The notes under the pieces are model-generated. The model was given only the letters and a program-made list of their open reading frames with translations, had not been told where the DNA came from and did no database searches. Made by a program: the position numbers and the translations under genes. Shown here one piece after another: positions 38,918 through 51,437 of a stretch of 64,000 bases of DNA. Source of the stretch: Balanoglossus misakiensis (Eukaryota > Animalia > Hemichordata); contig CM082584.2 of the NCBI GenBank assembly GCA_040954595.2, positions 7,149,919-7,213,918 of the forward strand, written 5' to 3'. The number at the start of each line of letters is the position of its first letter. Position 1 is the stretch's first letter.

Positions 38918-41900
38918 ATTCAATCTGCCAACAAAAGATCACATCGCTAAAATTCAACGAGTAAACATGAATAATATAACCAAAAACTGAAGTATTGAAC
39001 TAATAATATTTCCAATCTGGTGAGAATGGCACATTGGCCTCAAAGCATTCTGTTTGTGAAGCCAGAATTCGCTGACAAAGTTCAAAGAAGCGTGTGGTTG
39101 TCAGGAAGGGCAGTTATTGGCGGCACAACCCCTGCTAATCCCCCAGTCCTCTTCCGTAGAAGGTAAACTACAGAGAGATGAAAACTGAACACACACACAG
39201 CTGGCCAAGATATGAAAGAAGTCAACATTTTCCCAACGCACAACAACATTTTGACCTCTGACTCTTACCTTCACCGTGCTTGTCGGTGAACTGGAATGCC
39301 TGGACCAACCGCAGCGTTTCATCCACGGAGCGACCGACTGGCAGGTCGTTGATTGTGATCTGACGAAGGATGCCTTTGTGATCGATGATGAACAGACCAC
39401 TGCAAGAGAAGAGAGACACACATAGAAAGTTGTCTTGAGAAGTGTACCTATTGACTTAAGAGTACCACTGAACTGTATTTCTTGTAAATTAAACACTGAA
39501 AGTGATAGAAGATAGAGAGTTCACAGTTCAAAGGGTAATTCTCACTCTCATTGAAAGCACGGGCATGTTCCAACACTGTTGGTACAGTTCAGTATAGGCA
39601 ATGGCGAGTAGTCTAATCTAGCGTTCTGTCCTGCAGTATTGAGTTTTGTAGTGTTGTGTAGAGTTGTGTTGTATAGCAATGTGCAGTGCAGGAAAGCATG
39701 GCAGTTCAGCATGGACAATGTAGTGCAGTGCAGTGCACTGTAATGTAATGTGATGTACATGTATGACCAGCACACAACACGGCCGTTTATTTATTTCTGT
39801 GTACAATGCACATGCATTGCGTCTCATCTTCACTTCCCAATCCACAAAACTCACCGGAAAGAGACCCCTTCCTCTTCGAGCAAAACACCGTAGTCTTTTG
39901 AAATCTGCTTGGTGAGGTCCGACAAGAGCGGAATGTTCATCTCTCCAAGACCACCTTTGTTACGAGGCGTGTTAGTCCTGCAAGACAAAAACGGAGAGAT
40001 CTTTCTTAGTAAAAGGGAACTGGGGTGAAATGGTTGAAGGAGAATCCCAAAATCCATGGTGAACATTCAACTTAACTCTTCACAAATCGGCAACAACTTA
40101 CCATGCCAGGTGACTGAAGTGGGAATCTACGGAGCAGGCAAGAACTTCACAGTTGATGGCCCGGAATCTCTCAGCTGCATCACTGAATGCGATGATTTCA
40201 GTTGGACACACAAATGTGCTGAAAATAGAAAAAAAACAAAATAAAACATCATTACACACAAGACTATGCATGTGCGTTTCAACATAGGAATATGTTGTGA
40301 TTTGTACAGACAATTTTTGGTGAAAAACGTATAAATCAAAGATTTCACGTTATTTCTGCACGAAAAGTGGTCCTTTTTGGCAACTGGTAATTTAACATGT
40401 ATCGCTGAGCAGAACACAGTAGACAACATTTAAAACAAGAACACAGTATTCCTTGACTGTTATAACGTATCAGCCCATGAACATGCACGACCCATTATCA
40501 CATGTAGCCGCGACAACCAATACTTCTCCGTGGCGATGGCAGAGAGGTTGTTGCCACTCCGGCACAGATGGGAACTACCTAAAAATATCCTGTCCATTAG
40601 TGTCACTGATACACATTTTCTGGACAAGAACCCCAGGAAGGAACAGATTTTGATACAACTGCACACATTATATACTTCCCCTGGAAGTGGTGCGTGCTGA
40701 CTCTAATGGAATATAAGTGGTCGACGTTTTGAAGAATGGATCATGTATCAATTCTCAGTAAATGGGTTTTTGAGCTTGGCAATATCACGTCAGCAGGTTT
40801 CACGTAAACGCAGAATTCAGCACCCAATTTTTTTGAAATTCACCCGACCACATGTTGCCGGTCAAAAATAACATGAACATATGTCATTTTGCTAAAATTA
40901 GCACTCTCTGCCAGATTGCCCAACATTAACACTATAGAATACTTTATTTTCAGTTGGAATTCATTTTCATATCCCTTTTACATTCTCTACCCCCTCAGGT
41001 GAAACAACCATTGCCTTCATGGACTGTATCAGCATGGAGGCAGGTGTTGTTTATTGCCAGCCAATTTACATCTCCTACATTTTTACAGCAATCTACTGGC
41101 AACTCAAGTCTCACTGGTCTGATGCATTGTGGGATGCAAATATAAAACTGGATGAAATGCATGCATATGACAAATCGTTCATTCTGTCCTGATGGCTATT
41201 AACCTTATCTTCGCGACAAATCATGACAACAAAATCCCACTAAAATGAAAGTAGAAAAAAAGCTGTATCCACATTTTCATCAAACCAGCAGGGCAGATTT
41301 TAAGTCGAAAACCCCCACTATAACTCTTTTCTCATCAATCTTTAGATGTCGCTGCCCGGAGCACACAGTGGGATAGCTTGCGCAGTAAGCTGCTTTTTTC
41401 AGTTCAGCTTTGATTCTGACATGACTCTGTACATTCCCACTATTAGTGGCTACAACTGGATCCATCGTTTGTCACGGACACAACATAACCTGGAGGTGAA
41501 TTCCATTAATGCTGCATCGACAATATCTTCCTGTCACGGATAAGAGCATTTTTATTCCAAATGTAGCCTAGGGATTCACAATTCACTTGGTATTTGAGAT
41601 TAGGCACAGTTTTCAAGACTTGCTGAATTATTCCATCCCCCCCGCCCCCAGAAATTAGAAGTGCAATGAAAGGGTTTGTCTTTTCTGTGTGTGTTCTAAT
41701 TATCCGTGGTCCCTAAGATGTACACAGGGCCATTGTTACCACGGTAACAGCACAAACTGATCAAGACCTTGGTGGCTTCAGCTGACATGTATCTCCCGAC
41801 ACCATGGTAACGGACTATTTTCAAATCAGCCTCATCCATGAAAAGCACAACTGAAGCCCTACCATTCTTTGCAAATTAGAGACTTGGCCCCCAGATACAG

Positions 41901-44548
41901 TTATTAAAGATATCATTATTTCGGTCCCTGCCAGCATCCATGCATAGCTTCAGGTCTTCCCCATCAATTATTAACTAAGACTTTATTTTTGGTTCAGCAA
42001 CTTTATCCTCATTGCAGGCGACTGGCTACAGCTAGTTGATGAGGTGAATACTAGCGAAGAATGAAAGCATACTGGTGTCTGGTATTAGTTGCTTGAATGA
42101 ATGTTCAAATCACCCGATGACAGACTCATCAGATTAGACTGACTATATCTTATCTGTCTACACCTCCCAGAAGCAATTTACTCTTCAAATGGCTGACAAT
42201 CTTCTGTGACAATCCTTCTCAATCACATCAAATGAAGTTGCTGCTCATGCCCACCCATCAATAATGCTCAAATGACAGGCTGGGCAATTGGTATACTTTT
42301 TACACAGCTGGATGTCTTTAAGGGTGTACACTGGAAAAGGTCACCCCTGCTGCTACGTTACAATTTCTTAGACTTAGAGGTTATCTCTGAGGATATGCAC
42401 TGAAAAAGATGGCCGCTGTTGCTAAGTTACCATATAGTCAGTGTTTTGCAGGGGAGGGGTTTTCTGGGGAAAGTGAACGAAAAGACGATACCGACCACAT
42501 TTTTCCCCCATGTTCAAAACATTAGCCTTTCCAGACATAATAAGTTAACTACATATGAACTCAGTGATGTTGGAGTGTTCTGCATCAACCAGGGGAGACA
42601 AGGAAACAGTCGCCCATAGTACGGTATTTGCATATAAATGTGCATGTTTTCATGGTATTTACAGACAACATGTTGAGTTCAGTGACACATTTTGACTGGT
42701 CATCAGCTTTTTTTTCCATCACTGTGTAAATTCTTTTGTAACAGAACTTATTACGTAAATTCTGTTTTCAAAAAGAGCATCTAATCAGCTATTATTGCAA
42801 TCTAAAATTCAACCACATTTCCGTTTCCCATGATCAGCAAAATTCTTGCTAGTGAAAGTTATGTAATTTTTGGATACTTACAAGTCCAATGGATAAAAGA
42901 AGAACACCAGGTATTTTCCTGAGAAGAAAACAGACAATTAGATTAATTTTGATCAAGAGCCGATCTTTTGTTGAGTCCAGGACTATCAGAGTGATTAATA
43001 TTACAACTGGATATCAATATACTCTCTAGCCAAAGAATTCCATGGAACTATAATTTTCTTCCTGGGCCATAGTTACATTATTATAACCCTGTTTAAAATT
43101 AAGAGAAAAATAGCTAATGACATTTTTTCGTTTTTGATTGCATACTATTAGGAAATTAAACATAATCGTGGCAGGTCATTCATGTGGAACTCAATCAATC
43201 AGGATAAAAGACAACCAGGCACCTGATAAAAAAAACGGCGACTGACATAACCAACATGTGTTCCAACAACATGCTGCACACTGCTTGCCACAATAGAAAA
43301 CTGATATTCTGCAATATTTTCTATTCCAAGAATGGACAGAGAGCACTCGGTCAACAAATTTAGATTTTAAATACATGTAGATTTGAATTTTGCAATATGT
43401 CATCTAGGTTGAAAGAAAACAATATCATTAAAGTTTCTTGGGATGAACTTTGACCTCTTGTAATCTGAAAATTCCCCTTTCATAGGAGTTTAGCAGATTC
43501 TTTTATAAAGAGAACGCTCCTCAAAGCTTTTCTGAATAGTGTTTTCCGGTAAATGTCGATGTTTCCCAGTAGTATTGGGAGTGTGCAAAGACTGTCTTCT
43601 GGAAACCACAACACATCAATTGCCATCACAAAGAATAATTATGGGTGTCAGTACAAAAATATTTCCATGGTATGGAGTGTACTGTGTCCCGGACTCATCT
43701 CATTCACTGCCAATGATTCCTAACCTTCTCACCCCCATTTGTCAAGTGTGTCAGTCAAGTGTCACCATTGAGAACAGTTGGAAGGGCTCACACATTAAGG
43801 GAAGGGGGGGGGGTGAGTCGGGTGACAGTATTTCAGCATCAAATCTAGACATATATTGCATTTGTTGCTATAGCGATGAACTTGCACACAGCATGGGTTT
43901 GATCAACGACTACCGATTACTGGTACGCGGAAAATTGAAGAGACACTGCTTTGATTGGCAATCTTTGGCTAGCCATTTGCCACAAACGATCTTGTAAATG
44001 AAGCTGATTTATTAGGCAGAGATAGGAAAACTACATTTTATTGAGATCAACAGCCTAAATACTGTGCACAGCGTGGTTGTAAATCTTTTCGGTTAACTGC
44101 CGACGATTTTCACCTCAGGAAGTCACTACACATTAGTCGCAGAATTTGTCCACTGTTCAGTACTTCAGTAAATGTACTTCAAGGAAACACACTGGAAAAC
44201 TTTGGCAATTTTGTAACATCAGAAACATCTCTGCGTCACTTTGGATATATTTGCCACAGAGATAAAACTTACCATAACTGACAATTACAAAGCATCTGGA
44301 TTTGCAAGAGAAGTGAAGCATGTAACACTGATGATTCTGTTCTTCAACACATTCTCCTATACATGTATTCTCTGGGGGAGAAGTCAGCCCGAATGGCGCG
44401 CAAAGCCTATCAGTACAAAATAAAAGCAGCTAAATATTTTACCTTTGTAGTCGGACAACTTGACGTCTTTAAATTCGCCGAACTTACAGACGGCTGTGGC
44501 GCTGAAGTTTGGAGCTGGTTTCTGAATCTGACATTTGCCGGCAGACAT
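38681..44548 (-). CDS. PRDX1: Typical 2-Cys peroxiredoxin (PRDX1/2-like, cytosolic), 199 aa; exons 44443-44548, 42882-42918, 40102-40218, 39855-39977, 39269-39399, 38681-38766
   Basis: [119 protein letters not shown]. Total 600 nt, GT-AG junctions. An upstream in-frame TGA in the same exon (acceptor at 44593-44594) excludes an N-terminal extension. Orthology to PRDX1 versus PRDX2 is not resolvable here. Confidence 0.93.
38855..38919. repeat. (AAAT)n microsatellite, ~16 units, in the last peroxiredoxin intron
   Basis: Direct reading. Confidence 0.97.
39605..39765. repeat. Degenerate pentamer simple repeat (GTGCA/GTGTT/GTAAT-like) in a peroxiredoxin intron
   Basis: Imperfect 5-bp periodicity, e.g. 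GTGCAGTGCAGTGCA, TGTAATGTAATG. Confidence 0.5.
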
Positions 44549-45920
44549 GGTTGGTTGTTGTGTGCTATCTTTTCCCTGGGGTACAGCTCAAACTGCAAGA
44601 CAAAAAAGAGACCGTATGGATAAGCGACTGAGTCCAGAGCTTATCTCAAACTATACAGTGGTGGAATTTGCGGGTATATTCGGTTTTCCCACAGTATATC
44701 AATATCAGAATTGAAACATTCACATCCCGGCCGCGTAGAGTTTCAAGGGAATACGAAGCGATCGCAGACTCCCAGAGCCTGTGCACTTCCTGCTTTTGAA
44801 ATTTGTATCTGGCATCGCAGTGATGTTTACCGCGACAAAAACCCTGTGAAGATTACAATTTATCAGGATTGGACGGTAACGTCGGTACGTCAGCAGCAGG
44901 AGACAGCAAAGAGGAAAATCAGTTTAAGGTTGAAGAGAAGCCAGGGACTAAATGAAGGTATTACTTTAGAATGGCCATGTTGGAAAGTCGTATCAATGGA
45001 TAAAGATTAAAACGTCCTATTGCTTTATTGAAGGTGTAAACTCCATATTACTCTATTAGAACCATTGAATTGCTTATCAAAAGTACTGAGCTGCCAGTAA
45101 AATTTACGGATTTGTCAGACAGATGATTGTCATATGACAATGCAAGGTCATATTCACATATTTTCATTTTTCCCACAATGAAATTGTAAAGCTCCTTCTG
45201 GTGTAATAATTTGTACAGAAATAAATGTATCAGTTCCTGATGATGTGTTTTCTTTTTGCATGATTATTTGCATTATTTTGAAGAAAAAAATTCTGACACT
45301 CATGAAAAAAAATTGGAAATACAAATGTATGCAGCCTTCTTGCGCTGATGTGATGATTCCAGAAAGACTGTTTCATCTGCACATCACAAGTTGTTACGTG
45401 CATAGTGATAAAGTGTGATGTGGTTGTACATGTTTGATACATGAATGGTTAAGCGATTTAAACTGCCATATTTCGTTGCTATTTTGGTTGATGAAAGTTC
45501 CACATGGTAGTTTTATTTGAGTGTATACAGCATGCGTTGTTATCACTGTATTTTCAGTTTCTTTTTCTGTGGGCCAACACAGGTAAGTTAATATGAGTAA
45601 GGGCTAGCCATTGGTACATCTAAAAACCTCGACACAATTCCCCCAAACCCGGACACAGTCAGCAGTACCTGGAAAGTACGTTCTCATACACACTCCCAAT
45701 CCTACTATCAATTACGCACAACACCCTCACAGCTGAGACATGACGTCGCCAAAGCGAAACAAGCCACATAATTCCACTGGACTCTGTCACAGAGCTCCTA
45801 GTTTGCTATATGTCACAATGCCCTGGTTATCTGCTGTGCAATGATGCCTCCCACACGCTAGATGACAGAGCCAGCACGGGATCAAGTAGCGAAACTAGGA
45901 ACCGCCTGCCACGCTTTATT

Positions 45921-46016
45921 TTAACCCTTTCACCACCATGGTTCAGTCCAGACCCATATTGTTTTTCTACATTGTATGGTAAGGTTGGACCTCTGAAGAG
46001 GGAACTGGGGATTAAA
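45921..46016. mobile_element. Possible short degenerate TTAA-type MITE remnant
   Basis: Starts TTAACCCTTTCACC and ends AGGGAACTGGGGATTAA. A related end (GGGAACTGGGGTGAAATGGTTGAA) lies at ~40014-40038 and is roughly complementary to the left terminus. Confidence 0.35.
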
Positions 46017-49000
46017 TACTGAGCTCATCTGTACTAGATGTAGAAGAATTAGCATTATCAGACTGCAATGCTCTGGCAACAAGTGGATGCGAGATGGAGT
46101 TACTTAAATGTACTGGTAGAAAATTATATTAAATTAAAATGTAGAAAATAGCCAGCCGTTAGCAAAAATAACATGTGTTCAGTTCAGCAAAAACTATTTC
46201 GTATGAAAATATTATTTATACGTATAAATGTACGTATAAAAACCCATTGCAACAATCTGCGTCTCATGGCTGCGGTAAACTCTGCATGAAACTTGTGACC
46301 ACCTTTCACTATTTTCAATATCGATGAGAATGTAATGTGGGTACCAGGCAAAATGGATATGTTGTCTTCCTGATAAGCAGATTACATGTACATGCAAGGA
46401 ATGTAACAACTGAAATTTAAAAGCGTTTTTTTAAATAAAACATTCACTGCACAAGGCAGGGAAAAAATGATATACTCACACGAGATGAACAGAACAAGAT
46501 CCAACTTGTGCGTTCAGTGACTGACAGAGCAAAATGCAAATGAGCAGGGGCCTTGCCTTCTTATGTACCAGAGTGCAGTGGATTGTGGGTAGGGTTATTT
46601 TCATAACAACATGATACAGTTGTCATAGTTATGGGAGTGTGTGACCCCCGTTTTACTACTGATAGGCACTGTCATCATAATCCCCTTCAAATTATGTTCA
46701 TGCAAGCAAGATGTCATACTCGTAATTTTCTCATTAAAATGTCTTTTTGTCATTTTACTTCATAATTAATCCATTTTGGGGAAGTGTTTTTTTTCGTAAA
46801 TAATTCATGTTTGAAACAATGAAAACAGACCAAATGGAAGATGACCAAAATTTATTACAGAATTAATTATTCATACAAAATCTGCCACCGCTAATACCCC
46901 CACCACTACAAGTTATTTTTAATTCGTTGAAAGACAAGAACATCCTTCCCCTGTGCAGATAAAAAGCTATCAACAATTCCAACACTGGATATGTGGGGAA
47001 AAGGGATACAGAGATTAAAATGAAACTCAATCTTTTTGTTAGCAGTGTTGGAAAACCGAGCTGAATATATTTGGTGGCCACAGGGCAGGAAACCATCACT
47101 TGACTGACGTGTCAAGTGATCCAACCACACATAAGGCCAGACCCAAAAATAGTCTTGTTTCCCAGATGACGTACCACAAATGTACAATACATCAACATCA
47201 AACTGTACTTAATATCAGTATATATATACATGTATACTGTATGACACTGTTTCCTACATGTAACATCATCAGTGACTGTTTTTAGAACTTTAGATTTGTA
47301 ACTCACTGGTACATTATAAGTACATGTATGCTGCCGTGTGGTATGTCTGAACTTGCCCTTTAATACATGTGTTCACTCTGGCTGACTTTGCAGAAAAACT
47401 TATTCCAGACTGCAGTATATGGTTATTTTAAGCGAGTTATAGTATTCACAATTGATGGCTGTAGAATTTTCATTGATAAAACTCTTCGCATAGTAACAAA
47501 AATAATATTTTACCTGTCATGTTTGGTGCTAAGTATATATTGTAATCTGTCGTGCGAGAAAAATGTGGGTAGGTTCATTTTGGATGCCGTCACTGGCACC
47601 ATGTCAGTCACAACTATTTTTAAATCCAGCTACTATTACAATAACATATGGTGGAAATTCCACATCTACAAATAATTTGTTCTCAATTGATAAATAATAA
47701 TTTCATTTTTTAACTTCTCCATGTGCTGTCAATGAGAAAAAAAGCTCTTTATCATCATCACCCGAATCACAAGGCACATGACCTTTGACCGTAATCCTCC
47801 GTCACAGCGTTGAGAGGCCTGACAAGAACAGCATCTGGTTGGCAACGGACAACTCACACTTTTTGACTTCAACGTATCACAACATATAGGCAGTCATCTT
47901 CATAACGCAGTCAATGTACATTCACGCTGTGAATTTTCCATTCCCACTGTCATAGCATGATCCATTTGGCAATGACATGCATCCCTATTTAAAATCTTTA
48001 ACTATTTCCATTCATCAAATACTTTTAGTATGTTACCAATGTACACAAACACATCCACTATCAGCTTTGTCCAAACTCATCCCATAATAATCCTTTTTTC
48101 AGTAACAATGGTTAACAGTGTATCTGATCAAATTTTCAATGTTTGCTCATGGAAATCATTAAATCTTAAATTTCAACATTAAACAGTACAACATACTGTG
48201 TATTATTAAGGCCCAGAATCCTGTGCTCCAAGGCATTTTATTGAGAGTTCTCATCATTATATCAAACACAGCTGTATTAATAGGTAGCAAAGGGATTAAT
48301 TACCAGGGTTCTCAAATCGTTTTGACCGCTGTTCCCTAATCTTACCACAAACACAGAACATATAATGTATACATGTATGCAAGTATTTTTCTCAAATAAA
48401 ATTAACTAATAATGTCAAACATTTGTTTCTTATAGTCCAGAATTCTCATAACTGCATTACAGAAAATTATTACCATATGCAAGAATTTTCTGTTCAGCAA
48501 CTGTAGCCCAAGCTTTAATCTCCCGTTAACCATATTTTTATTTAAATTTCTTTATTATAAAATTTTCCCCAAAATAACATGTACAATGGTCACATATGGA
48601 TTGGTCACGTGATCGCGTATAAACCTTATTGTTATGACTTCATGCCCAGGGTGGCTAGAGCTTCGTCGATGTTCAGTATATAAACTCACTAAGGTTGGGG
48701 AAAACAAAAATATGCTTTCTCTGAATCATTTTTTTTCTGATATAGAAACGTTTGCATTTTGGGGAGCTAATTAAATAACTGTGTGGAAACTGGAATCCAC
48801 AGATATGGCCATTATGTCAACATGAAATAAATTATTATAGCAAGATCATCATCTTCTTTGCGACACTCACAGACATAGATGATCTCATCTGACCCTTCAC
48901 ATGTAGGTCAGTCTCATATGTCACGCAGAGTGCAGCATTCCCAGTGGGAATGTCACTCCTCGGTCGCCATGCCGGCACAGGGACGACCTTCTCACCCTCT

Positions 49001-50289
49001 GGAAAACCCAAGCAATAAGGGCAAGGATTTCTTACGGAATGAACTTTCTCTGGGGAAATTATCATAACCATGTCTCCCGCACCACTGCTGGAATGCAGGA
49101 CACACTTCCACCGATCGCTCTGTTATGATTTCCAATATGCCACTCATCAAATAAACCTAGTGCAGCTAATATTACTGTAATATACACCATGGCTGAGACA
49201 GTGGGAGATCGCGCTTTTGTTCACATGAGTTCAAGACATTCCATCTCTACAATATTTTCCACATATATTTCTTTTCCCCACTTTCCAGTCACAACTTTTT
49301 GACTGGGAACATTTCCCACAGAAGGACAGTCTGTTTAAACAAATCTTGATGTGAATTGGTGTAGTTTACGATTTTAGATTTATTGTACAAATAAGATAGG
49401 TAATCTACAGTGCAGAAATCTACTTGACCTATTGTTCAGGGGTGGGTTTATGCATGTCACCCAGACTAAATCTGAAGACTTATCCAATATACATTGTAAT
49501 CTGTATGTAAGCAGATGAACAGGGAGATGCCAAGACACACAATACTAGATATCAGATGTTTATGACATTCTTTGTGCAGGTCTCTCCTTGGGGGGGGGGG
49601 GGGGCTGCATACCCTCACGGATTACAACCTGTGGGGATATCGGTAATCAGCCCCCCCCCCCCCCACACACACACACACACAGTACAGCTAGTCTGGTTCC
49701 CTGCCAGACTAACGGTACAGCGAGCTAGCTTCGTTACCACAGCTAACAATACACACACGTTTCATTACATTATATGTGTTATATACCCCACAAGAAAACG
49801 AAACTGAAACTCTCATTCGACCATTGTTATTTGTTGAGGAAATAACATCTTATAAACTACACAGCATCATGATTTACTTGGTAATATTTGGGTCACAGAC
49901 ATTGCAAAGACCACAGGCACAGTTATTCTTCACATCACAACCTTGCCAATACTAAAATGTGGCCAGTTTGTTTATTTTGTTCGACACAGATTTTTAAAAC
50001 GATTTCCAAGTTTCAATGATTTCAAGTATTTCGATTTCCGAACTCGCGCTCCTCGTTTCAGCGTTGTTTAGAAATTGATCACATATACGTTTCTAGTTCG
50101 CCGGTAATGTTTGTTTCATCATTATGTCATCCAAGATGATCACATACATTTGTACACATTATTACTGCAGCTGTGAAACATCAAAAAGTTTAGCCAGACA
50201 ATACGCAAATGAATTAATATATAATCTCACTACAAATTTTCTTTGTTCGATCATTTTCGAAATGGGCACATACACACAAAAGACATGTA

Positions 50290-50860
50290 AATAGGCGGCG
50301 CGTAGCGTCAGACGACGTAACAACCAAAGCCATGTGCTTCTACTATGTCAGACGTCAAGACAACCGCGTTGCATAAAGAACGTGTATTCACGACGGCGGT
50401 ACAATCTTAGTGCTTCAGTGCTTTGATAAAAAAAGAGAGCACATACTAGCGTTACCAAGATCGGTATTTCTGACCCGGATCTGCGGTCGAAAGGAACCGC
50501 ACGTACAACCCGATCCCACGCTCAGCACAAGCAATGGACTAAGATCCGTACACAGTGCATATGCAGGGTGTACACTTTACAAGTGTCACACACACACTCG
50601 CCATCGCTCATCCGTTGCATGTGCTCTCAATATTCAACGAAAACGGGAAACAATATAGGATAAAACATATAACTACATTACCGAAATACCTGCCTTACCT
50701 GATCGCTTCGACTGTCGTTTGATTCGCGATGCACGTCGTGGTTTGTCGCGTCGTCCGCTAGCTGGCTTTGCTTATGCAACTCCCGCAAAATCCCGCAGTT
50801 ACCAAACGAGATTTCAAAGGTGCCGGGTACGAATTGCCACGCGCGCGCGACTTGACCAGA
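50290..50860 (-). promoter_or_regulatory. CpG-rich candidate promoter / non-coding first exon (possibly of the peroxiredoxin)
   Basis: Local CpG enrichment (CGCGCGCG at ~50840) and a strong minus-strand donor CAG|GTAAGG at 50699. Confidence 0.4.
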
Positions 50861-51263
50861 GAATATAGGACAGATTAAAGATTTGTTGTTTAAAAATATT
50901 CTACAAGTAGCAGCTCATATATTTTTTAATTTCTAGAATCTAACAAGCGTGTGAGCACTTTAGTTTGAGTACATGTACATAGCAATGATCTTCTCAAGGT
51001 TTGTTGTCTATTTTCCAACACTTGGTGGCGACATTTACTGCGCAGTGGTTTCGACTAGAAATTTCCATCTGTGGACCAAAACTCTTGCACCAATCGCCGT
51101 TACCGGCCACACCTCATACACACGGGACGAAAAACCGCCACAAAGCGTCAAACAATTTGTACAACGATCCTTTTTTTTAACTTTATGAGGGAGGACATTC
51201 AAAACCGCCGCCATTTTGATTTAAGGAAGCGTGCGCAAAGGACTGTGGGATCTGCCCAATTAA

Positions 51264-51437
51264 AGGTATACGGTCACCTCCAATTTACATATCGCCATAT
51301 ATAGTTGAAATGGCGTATTTGAGCGTTCTAAAGAACGCTTTATTTTCGCGTGTGCCACCCACTGAAAATCTGTGATTGGTTAGATCTCGATTTACCATGG
51401 TAACTGTGGCTAAATTTGTATAGGTGACCGTATACCT
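51264..51437. mobile_element. 174-bp MITE with TTAA target-site duplication (Kolobok/T2-like)
   Basis: TTAA-AGGTATACGGTCACCT ... AGGTGACCGTATACCT-TTAA: a perfect 16-bp TIR. Confidence 0.88.

Noticed and set aside
48812-49119. Minus-strand Cys-rich frame interrupted only by four TGA codons (selenoprotein-like)
   Set aside because: No recognisable selenoprotein homology or SECIS by eye. Such a frame is plausible by chance given the number of frames inspected. A SECISearch/Seblastian hit plus transcript evidence would be needed.
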